Below are positions 56,639-64,000 of a DNA stretch of 64,000 nucleotides, one piece after another. The stretch is from the NCBI GenBank assembly GCA_963704655.1, contig OY969927.1:192001-256000 (forward strand), in the 5' to 3' direction. Position numbers and translations under genes: made by a program. The stretch's first letter is position 1, and the number at the start of each line of letters is the position of its first letter. The notes under the pieces are model-generated. The model ran no database searches. It saw only the letters and a list, made by a program, of their open reading frames with translations, and was not told the origin of the DNA. The stretch is from an uncultured Candidatus Babeliaceae bacterium (GTDB lineage Bacteria; Babelota; Babeliae; Babelales; Babelaceae).

Positions 56639-57628
56639 ATGTTAAAAAAAATATTAGTTTTTATTATATCTTTTTCTATTTCTCTGAATGCGCAAGATAA
56701 CTATTTTCCTTTAGTTATTATTGGTGGGGGCGTAGCGGGGTATTCTTCTGCAATTTATGGTGGGAACGCACGGATTCCCACTGCCGTATTTGTTGGCCCG
56801 CGTGCCGGTGGTCAGCTTGCTGTTGCAGGTGTTGTTGAAAATATGCCAGGCGTTTTACCGCAATACGGCTATGCCATTACCGAGCAGCTTGAAAAGCAGG
56901 CAAAAACATTTGGTGCTCAGATTTTCTATGAAACAATTGCGTCTATTGCTGAAAGTATAGAATCCGGTCATCGATTTATCCTTACAACTTCTGAAGGCAC
57001 GCTCTATTATGCCGATGCTATAATTGTTGCAACCGGTTCGCGCCCACGTATGTTGGGGATCCCCGGTGAGTCTGAATTTTGGGGCAAAGGGGTATCAACA
57101 TGTGCCATCTGTGATTGCGCCCTTGCGCAAGACAAAGATGTCGTGATTGTTGGCGGTGGCGATTCTGCCATTGAAGAGGCGTTACAGTTAGCGCCCTATG
57201 CACGCAGTATCACCTTGTTATTACGTAGTAATGGTTTTCGCGCAAGCCCTCGTATGCAAGAAAAACTTTTATCGTTCAAGCATATTTCGTATCGTTATGA
57301 TATTGAAGTGCTAGAGATTTTTGGTGAAGAAAATGGCATGCGTGGCGTAAAAATTTATAATAAAGCCACTGAAGAACAAGAAATTTTCCATGCGCAGGGT
57401 ATTTTTCTTGCAATTGGGCAGATTCCAGAAACAGATTTTATTCGTGATCTGGTTCGCTGTGATAAATATGGGTACATTGTCTTACTTGACCGTCAAAAAA
57501 CTTCAGTTGAAGGCATTTTTGCTGCTGGTGATGTTACAGACAGCCGGTATCGTCAGGCGATTGTTGCAAGCGGCGATGCTGCTAAAGCGGCACTTGATGC
57601 AGTAGCATTCTTGCGTGGCATAGATTAG
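56639..57628 (+). CDS. Thioredoxin reductase paralog with an N-terminal signal peptide
   Basis: MLKKILVFIISFSISLNA signal; IIGGGVAG, CAICD, GGGDSA and FAAGDV. Confidence 0.88.
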   Translation: MLKKILVFIISFSISLNAQDNYFPLVIIGGGVAGYSSAIYGGNARIPTAVFVGPRAGGQLAVAGVVENMPGVLPQYGYAITEQLEKQAKTFGAQIFYETIASIAESIESGHRFILTTSEGTLYYADAIIVATGSRPRMLGIPGESEFWGKGVSTCAICDCALAQDKDVVIVGGGDSAIEEALQLAPYARSITLLLRSNGFRASPRMQEKLLSFKHISYRYDIEVLEIFGEENGMRGVKIYNKATEEQEIFHAQGIFLAIGQIPETDFIRDLVRCDKYGYIVLLDRQKTSVEGIFAAGDVTDSRYRQAIVASGDAAKAALDAVAFLRGID

Positions 57629-57656
57629 TAATTTTTATTATTACAACAGAAGGGCA

Positions 57657-58166
57657 ATGGATATGAATAAACAATACCGCATATATGCAACCGTGATTTT
57701 TTTAACTTTTTCACCCTGTCTATTTAGTGCAGATAACTCTGATAATCGTTATATGCAGCTTGCAGAGTCGTATCTTAACAGTACTATAGTTGTTGTGCCG
57801 CATGAAACAGATATTACTATGTCTGACGAAGAATACGACAACTTACTTATTGCTGCAGGTCATGATTATGATCATGCTCGAGAATATCTTGAGCGTTATA
57901 AGACCTTGGGTCTATTAAGAAAAACGCCTCATATAGTTCTTCCTGAACATACTGGAAAAAAAGAATATCTTTTGCAAGATCTTTTGAAAGCAACGCAAGA
58001 CACTCAGCAGCAAGAATTCATCGTGAAAGCGGTAGTAGCACACAATTTAGAACGAAGAAAGATGTTGACGTATATCCCTAACAAAAGGGGGCTTAGGGTC
58101 CAGCCTTTAATATGGGATGATTCGAAAAATGAAATAGCTGCTATTTTCAAGTACTTTCAGCCTTAA
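57657..58166 (+). CDS. Secreted hypothetical protein (paralog of 58645-59199)
   Basis: Signal peptide; similarity to the downstream ORF along its length. Confidence 0.7.
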   Translation: MDMNKQYRIYATVIFLTFSPCLFSADNSDNRYMQLAESYLNSTIVVVPHETDITMSDEEYDNLLIAAGHDYDHAREYLERYKTLGLLRKTPHIVLPEHTGKKEYLLQDLLKATQDTQQQEFIVKAVVAHNLERRKMLTYIPNKRGLRVQPLIWDDSKNEIAAIFKYFQP

Positions 58167-58242
58167 ATAGAAAAATAAGAGTATTTTTTTGCTATTTCTT
58201 ATTATCAAACTCACGTTAATAATAGTAAATGTAATTCAAAAA

Positions 58243-58419
58243 TTACTTGCCGTTGAGTAAGTACGTCAGAATTTTTACACTTGCTTCTGGGCACGCGCTA
58301 AAAAGCTTGCTCCATGCAAAAATTGCTGAATCCCTTTTGTCTTTGTTAGGGAGCTCATCTTGCTTTGCGTTTAATGTTATCGATGGTAATAATGCAAGAA
58401 TAATAAATAATTTTTTCAT
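58243..58419 (-). CDS. Small secreted protein, 58 aa (absent from the ORF track)
   Basis: AAGGAG RBS; MKKLFIILALLPSITLNAKQDELPNKDKRDSAIFAWSKLFSACPEASVKILTYLLNGK. Confidence 0.6.
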   Translation of the reverse strand: MKKLFIILALLPSITLNAKQDELPNKDKRDSAIFAWSKLFSACPEASVKILTYLLNGK

Positions 58420-58644
58420 ACTGCTCCTTATGTATAATTTTTTAATAAGCTTGTAGTCAGTATATCAACGTAATAAAAAAAATATTATAAATTTTATAGG
58501 CTCCAGGATTTCTTAAACTAAGAAGTTTTGGCGTTTTCGCTGTCCTGGTGCGGATAATGTGATGTTTTTGTAGAAAAAAAATTCTTGAACGGGTATCATA
58601 TTTGAAGATATATATTTAATTACTCTTTTTTAGGTTCAAAAAAA

Positions 58645-59199
58645 ATGCTTATGAAAAACATAAAAATAGCGCTGTTACTTGGTATGACTCTTGTACAAAA
58701 TTCTGTACGAGCAGGTGGTGGTCATAGTAAACCTTCTGATAATAATGATGAGATGTTTTTGCAGACCACCGCAGTGAAATATTTAGAAGGATTTGTGACA
58801 CTTGTACCAAAAGATTTTGATGAGAATATGCCAGAAGAAGATTTTAATACGTTTGTTACTAAAATGACCCGTGAAAATGATGATAAAGATAATGTAAAGA
58901 ATTATTTTGCTGAGTGGCGAAAGACTGATGTGCTCTATTCAGAATGTCATATACACGAAAGTGTTGAAACTATAATAAAAGATGTTCCGCTTAAAAAATT
59001 ATTAGCAACAGTTTCAGATGATAAAGTTAAAAAAGAGATCATTAGTAAAGTTCTGGACCATAGTATCAAAAGAACTGCTGTGATTATGGAAACTCCGCGC
59101 GGGCCACAAGGCACACCTGCCAATAAAGCTCCTCTGGTTCCTGATGATTCTTCTAAGAAAATGATTGAACTTATACTTGAACTGAGTAAAAGCAAGTAA
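58645..59199 (+). CDS. Secreted hypothetical protein (paralog of 57657-58166)
   Basis: Signal peptide ending VRA; shared motifs with 57657-58166. Confidence 0.7.
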   Translation: MLMKNIKIALLLGMTLVQNSVRAGGGHSKPSDNNDEMFLQTTAVKYLEGFVTLVPKDFDENMPEEDFNTFVTKMTRENDDKDNVKNYFAEWRKTDVLYSECHIHESVETIIKDVPLKKLLATVSDDKVKKEIISKVLDHSIKRTAVIMETPRGPQGTPANKAPLVPDDSSKKMIELILELSKSK

Positions 59200-61797
59200 C
59201 TATCCCTGTTCAACAACTTTTACGCTGCTTCCCTGTGCGGTTTTGTTAACCACAAAATGTACCGGGAAGTGGTCCTTCATATACGGCAAATGTGAAACGA
59301 TAATTATCTTTGCAAAATCATCCTGAATTTTATAAATCGCTTCCATAATATGAGCAAGGCCCTCTTCGTCTTGCGAACCAAAGCCTTCGTCAATAATAAG
59401 CGTTTGCAGCGTAGTGCCCGCACGGCGCGCAAGAAGTTTTGACAATGCAATACGTAACGCAAAATCAATTCTAAATGCTTCACCACCTGAAAAAAGTTCA
59501 TAGGCGCGGATGCCGGTCGCGTCAGAGATGTGAATATCCAATGTCTCTTTGCTTTTGCCACTTTTTAAATCACGTAACGATTCAATAAATAAATGTGCCT
59601 GGCCGTCAGTAAGTTTTTCAAGTAACATGTTTGCCTCTTGCTCAATTTCTGGCAGCGCCTGTTCTATAAGTAATGCTTGAATGCCATCTTTGCCAACTGC
59701 TTGTGCGATGCTTTGGTAAATCTCCTGTTCATAGCTAAACTCTTTAATCGATGCGCTTAAGCGGGTAAACTCTTTTTCCTGTAACTCTAAGCGGGCAAGT
59801 TGCTCTTTGTATGAGCCGATCTCGCGCAACAGAGTGTTTAATGTTTCTGCCTGTTGTTGCGTGGTGCTGCGTAATTTTTGTAATTCTGTATCTAGCGAGC
59901 TTTGTTGTGCAATTTTTTCTCGTGTAGTTTCTATCTTAAGAGTAAGCTCGCGCTGTTCACGCTTCATGCTTTTTAAGTGTGCTACGGTAATATGCACAAC
60001 TTTTTTTATCTGTTGCAATAACGGATTAATGTTTTCTGGTGAAACCTGTGCCTCAAGTTTGCTGAGCTTTAATTGGCTCGTAAGCTCGAGCTTACGTTCA
60101 GGCGAAATTTCTGGCAAAAGATTAAGCTGGCTCTTAATTTTTTCTAATTCTGCACAATACTTTCGATACGTAGCATCATGCGTGAGCAACGTCTGTTGTG
60201 TTGCAAGTGCCTGCTTGTCCAGCATTAAGCTGCTCAGTGTTATGCTTTCAGCATCTTTTTGTGCAATAATTTCTGCATGTTCTTTGCGTAATTCGGCAAT
60301 CTGCTTTTCAGTGTGCGCAACTTCTTTGAGCGTTTCAAGAACGGTATGCATAGTGATAATAGTCTGCTTGAGTGCGGGCAAAAGTTTGGTAAAACGCGCA
60401 AGTTGATGCTGTGCCCGTGCGCGTTCTTTGTGCTGCGTATTGCACAGAGTAATTTTTTTGTCCGGTAAAAGTTCCTGCGTACAGGTTGGGCAATGTGCAA
60501 TACCCGCGGTACTTAATGCTTTTAAACTATAATCGTAATCCTGAACTTTGGTGAGTAAATTATTTTTTTGGGTTACAAATTTTTGATATACTTCGCGGTA
60601 TTTTTCATATTTTTCTAGAGTAACCTGTGGTGGCTGTGCGCTCTTTGGTATACTTAAACGCGCTATTTTTTCAGCAAGTTCGGTTGCTCGTTTTTGATGC
60701 ATTGAAATACGCAACGTTACCTGTTGCACCTGCATATCGATAGCATGTGTTTTTTGCGTGTGGGCAGCCTGCAACGTTGCAGTGAGTGTTTGGAGCTTTT
60801 GAGATATTTGTAAAACGTGTTGCTGCAATTCAAAGCGCTGTAACTCATTTTTCTGAAGTAATTCAAGCTCTTTTTCTAACAACTCATGATTTTGAAGATC
60901 TTTGTTGCCATGGTTAATTTTTTTTGAAAGGATCTTTTTAAATTCTGCGCGAGAGTTTCGTAATTCTTGTAAACTTTGTTGTATACGGCTATGTAGTTTT
61001 TGTGCAGACTCAGTAGCTTGCTGAAAAAGTTGCTTATCATGCATATGCTGCTGAAAGTTTACTTCAGCTGCTTGTAATTTTTTTTGTAACTCGTGCAGGT
61101 TTTCTTGTAACGTTTTTTCTTGTTCAAGTGCAGCAGCAAGCGCTTGAGTGAGTGTCTCTTTTTGCGTTATTTCGCATGATAACCGTTGATGAATCGGCAG
61201 TAATGTATCACGTTGCGTTGCCAATAGGCGGCTTTTTTCAATAGCTTTTTTTTTAATAAGTTCAAATTGGGTGATCCCTAAAATTGAACTTAAAATCTCT
61301 TTACGCTCTTTAGGTGATTTTTTTGAAAATTCATTTGAGGCCCCTTGTCGCAAAAACACCGAGTTAATAAAACTTTCATGATCAAGGCCAATAGCAGCGA
61401 TAATTTTTTCTTGCGTTGCGCGCAATGTTTTATCTGTGAGTCCGCGAATTGCGCCCGTCTGTGGATCCACAATTCCAAAATCAAGCGCGGTCTGTACTTT
61501 GGTGCTGCTGATATTAAGTTCGCGCCGCACACGATATATCTCACCATTACAAAGAAATTCTAAACTTACCATCATTTGCGTTTGGCCAAGCCGGACAAGG
61601 TTTTCATCGGCACGCGCGCCACTTTGTGCCTTGCGAGCATAACCCCATAACACCCACGTAAGGGCATCAAGAAGTGCAGATTTACCGTGACCATTTTTTC
61701 CGGATAAACAGATAAGATTATAAGGCTCAAAGTCTATATACTGCGTTGTCTGGCCGTAACTGAGAAAATTTTTTACTGCTAATTTTAAAGGTACCAT
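59200..61797 (-). CDS. sbcC: SbcC/Rad50-family SMC-like ATPase
   Basis: NFLSY, GKNGHGKS, CPTCTQ zinc hook, FSGGE, IIDEGFGSQD and IVSH. Confidence 0.93.
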   Translation of the reverse strand: MVPLKLAVKNFLSYGQTTQYIDFEPYNLICLSGKNGHGKSALLDALTWVLWGYARKAQSGARADENLVRLGQTQMMVSLEFLCNGEIYRVRRELNISSTKVQTALDFGIVDPQTGAIRGLTDKTLRATQEKIIAAIGLDHESFINSVFLRQGASNEFSKKSPKERKEILSSILGITQFELIKKKAIEKSRLLATQRDTLLPIHQRLSCEITQKETLTQALAAALEQEKTLQENLHELQKKLQAAEVNFQQHMHDKQLFQQATESAQKLHSRIQQSLQELRNSRAEFKKILSKKINHGNKDLQNHELLEKELELLQKNELQRFELQQHVLQISQKLQTLTATLQAAHTQKTHAIDMQVQQVTLRISMHQKRATELAEKIARLSIPKSAQPPQVTLEKYEKYREVYQKFVTQKNNLLTKVQDYDYSLKALSTAGIAHCPTCTQELLPDKKITLCNTQHKERARAQHQLARFTKLLPALKQTIITMHTVLETLKEVAHTEKQIAELRKEHAEIIAQKDAESITLSSLMLDKQALATQQTLLTHDATYRKYCAELEKIKSQLNLLPEISPERKLELTSQLKLSKLEAQVSPENINPLLQQIKKVVHITVAHLKSMKREQRELTLKIETTREKIAQQSSLDTELQKLRSTTQQQAETLNTLLREIGSYKEQLARLELQEKEFTRLSASIKEFSYEQEIYQSIAQAVGKDGIQALLIEQALPEIEQEANMLLEKLTDGQAHLFIESLRDLKSGKSKETLDIHISDATGIRAYELFSGGEAFRIDFALRIALSKLLARRAGTTLQTLIIDEGFGSQDEEGLAHIMEAIYKIQDDFAKIIIVSHLPYMKDHFPVHFVVNKTAQGSSVKVVEQG

Positions 61798-61881
61798 ACG
61801 CGCATTGTATCATGATCTTGCAATTTTTTAAATGATAAGCTACAACTTATCAACTCAATTTAATAAAAAGGGAGAATAGTA

Positions 61882-63360
61882 ATGATATTAGCCGCACATG
61901 CTTTCCGGCATTATGACATTCGCGGAAAAGTTGATCAGGATATTTTTATACAAGAAATGTATCGGCTGGGCCGCGCATTAGCAGAATATGTTCTACAACA
62001 AAATCCCCAAGCAAAAACTATTATTATTGGCCGAGATGGGCGCACTCATTCACCAGAGATTCAAAAAAATATCGTGCAAGCATTATTTGATGTTGGTTTC
62101 ACCGTGCATGATACCGGCATTTGTCCAACACCAGTTGTTTATTTTGCGGCCCATACGCATGCTTACGATGCAGCAATTATGATAACTGCATCGCATAATG
62201 GTCCAGAATATAACGGTCTTAAATTGTGTTTAGGGAAAAACTCTATCTGGGGTGGTGAGATCCAAAAAATTAAAGAACTTTATCTAATATCTATAGAGTC
62301 TGGTTTTTCGAACATGCGTGTGGTGAATAATAGTGCATCATATATGCGTGTTGCTATGCAGCAAGAGTACGCAGAATATATGGCGCATGAGTTTGTCGAT
62401 TTAAAAGATTTTAGTAAGCCGATAGTGGCAGACTGCGGTAACGGCGCTGTCGGTTCTGTCTTGCGTGATGTTATTGAAGCGGTTGGTTTGCATGATGTTA
62501 CGATTTTATGCGAAGTTGTTGATGGCACCTATCCAAACCATATCGCAAATCCAGTAGAGATAGAAAATATGCACCATGTTATTGAGAAAGTGCACGAAAC
62601 AAAGCCTTTTATAGCAGTTGGCTTTGATGGTGATGGCGACAGAATGGCAGCAGTAACACCCGATGGCACACTTCTTTCTGGTGATATTCTGCTTGCTCTT
62701 TTTGCGCAAGATATTTTGCTTGATAATCAACATGCTAAAATTGTATATGATGGTAAATGTTCGTTGGTAGTAGCAGATATTATCACAAAATATGGCGGTG
62801 TTCCGCTGCGTAGTCCATCGGGACATTCAATTATTAAAACTGCTATGCGTACGCATAATGCACTTTTTGGCGGTGAGCTGAGTTGCCATTTTTTCTTTGC
62901 CGATAGATATTTTGGTTATGATGACGGTATTTATGCCTTTTTACGCCTGGTGAGATTATTAAAAAATAGCCAGAAAGATCTTACTGAGTTAGTAAATCAG
63001 TTTCCGCAAACGTATAGCACACCAGAAATACGTATTGTTTGCAGTGATGCAGAAAAAGATGGTGTTATTGAAAAACTCAAAGAGTTACTAAGCTTACAAG
63101 ATAGATACACGTTATCATTTGAAGATGGCGTTCGTTTAGAAGATGATCTTAGTTGGGGGCTAATTCGTGTATCAAATACTCAGCCTGCTATTTGTATACG
63201 GTGCGAATCGCTTACTATCAAAGGGTTGCAAGATATAAAAAAAATAATCTACGATATGTTACTTACGGTTTTAACAAGTTCGTTACCAACGGCCGCTCAT
63301 CCTGAGCTTGTCGAAGGGTTAGCGGTTTTAAATTCATATAGTATGAAAGAACTTACATGA
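61882..63360 (+). CDS. Phosphomannomutase/phosphoglucomutase
   Basis: FRHYDIRG, ITASHN, FDGDGDR, GGELSCH and RVSNTQP. Confidence 0.93.
   Translation: MILAAHAFRHYDIRGKVDQDIFIQEMYRLGRALAEYVLQQNPQAKTIIIGRDGRTHSPEIQKNIVQALFDVGFTVHDTGICPTPVVYFAAHTHAYDAAIMITASHNGPEYNGLKLCLGKNSIWGGEIQKIKELYLISIESGFSNMRVVNNSASYMRVAMQQEYAEYMAHEFVDLKDFSKPIVADCGNGAVGSVLRDVIEAVGLHDVTILCEVVDGTYPNHIANPVEIENMHHVIEKVHETKPFIAVGFDGDGDRMAAVTPDGTLLSGDILLALFAQDILLDNQHAKIVYDGKCSLVVADIITKYGGVPLRSPSGHSIIKTAMRTHNALFGGELSCHFFFADRYFGYDDGIYAFLRLVRLLKNSQKDLTELVNQFPQTYSTPEIRIVCSDAEKDGVIEKLKELLSLQDRYTLSFEDGVRLEDDLSWGLIRVSNTQPAICIRCESLTIKGLQDIKKIIYDMLLTVLTSSLPTAAHPELVEGLAVLNSYSMKELT
63291..63325. repeat. Family A palindrome, in-frame in the PMM/PGM C-terminus
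   Basis: GGCCGCTCATCCTGAGCTTGTCGAAGGGTTAGCGG encodes AAHPELVEGLA. Confidence 0.85.
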
Positions 63361-64000
63361 AACGAGTTGCTCTTAATGGCTTTGGGCGCATCGGTAAAAA
63401 CTTTTTACGTGCCTATTTACAAGATACTCAAGCGCATGCACAATACGAACTTGTTGCTATCAATATCGGACCAGCTGATATTGATGCTGTTGCGTATATG
63501 ATTACGTACGATTCTTTACTCGGCATCTATTCATGCCCCGTTTTAGTTGAAAATAATATCTTATTGGTTGGTAATTTTAAGATAGCTTTACTGCAAGAGA
63601 CTGATGCCGTAAAACTACCTTGGGCTAAATTGGATATTGATTATGTTGTTGATGCAACGGGTCATTATACTCATGCAGCTGATGCACGCAAGCATATACA
63701 GGCTGGCGCAAAAAAGGTGATAATTACTGCCCCAGCGCAAGGTGAAGATATTACTCTTGTTATGGGTGTTAATGATCAACTGTATCAAGCAGATAAGCAT
63801 ACAATTATCTCATTAGGCAGTTGTACAACCAATGCATTGGTGCCATTGCTGCATGTTATGAAAACGCATTGTACTATTACACAAACGATTGCTTCTACGG
63901 TGCATGCGTATACAAATTCGCAGGAGCTGCTTGATGTTGATGCTCATAGTAAAGATCTGCGTAGATCCCGTGCTGCAGGTATTAATATTATACCAAGTTC
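63357..64000 (+). CDS. gap: Glyceraldehyde-3-phosphate dehydrogenase type I (3'-partial, absent from the ORF track)
   Basis: MKRVALNGFGRIG, GAKKVIITAP, VMGVN, GSCTTNAL, TVHAYT and DLRRSRAAGINIIP; ATGA overlap with the upstream gene. Confidence 0.95.
   Translation, partial: MKRVALNGFGRIGKNFLRAYLQDTQAHAQYELVAINIGPADIDAVAYMITYDSLLGIYSCPVLVENNILLVGNFKIALLQETDAVKLPWAKLDIDYVVDATGHYTHAADARKHIQAGAKKVIITAPAQGEDITLVMGVNDQLYQADKHTIISLGSCTTNALVPLLHVMKTHCTITQTIASTVHAYTNSQELLDVDAHSKDLRRSRAAGINIIPS

Overview
AT-rich bacterial chromosomal segment that looks like a reduced, host-associated genome. Gene content and the many orphan signal-peptide proteins are consistent with Candidatus Dependentiae/Babelota (TM6); this is inference, not a database result. 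Housekeeping genes: prfA, ppsA, galU, pheS, yidD-rnpA-rpmH, trxB, tig, frr, tsf, rplU, trkA/trkH, glyQS, an HtrA-like protease, tlyA, dnaA, pgk, lolC/E-like, rpiB, sbcC, a phosphomannomutase/phosphoglucomutase and gap. There are four intact tRNAs (Phe-GAA, Leu-TAG, Arg-TCG, Arg-CCT) and many effector-like genes (Sel1, WD40, ankyrin, PLD, AAA). The most striking structure lies at ~33.9-41.4 kb. It is an integrase-free array of about five 0.7-1.3 kb co-oriented gene cassettes downstream of tRNA-Arg(TCG). Each cassette ends in a tRNA 3'-end fragment (...GCACCA), and four of them carry a shared upstream arm. The array finishes with a chimeric Arg(CCT)/Arg(TCG) pseudo-tRNA and a solo GIY-YIG nuclease. 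The window also carries at least four families of short REP/RPE-like palindromes. These nest inside each other, sit on tRNA CCA ends and insert in-frame into proteins. Many secreted proteins appear to have a Met right after the signal-peptide cleavage site. No CRISPR array, rRNA, integrase or transposase was seen.
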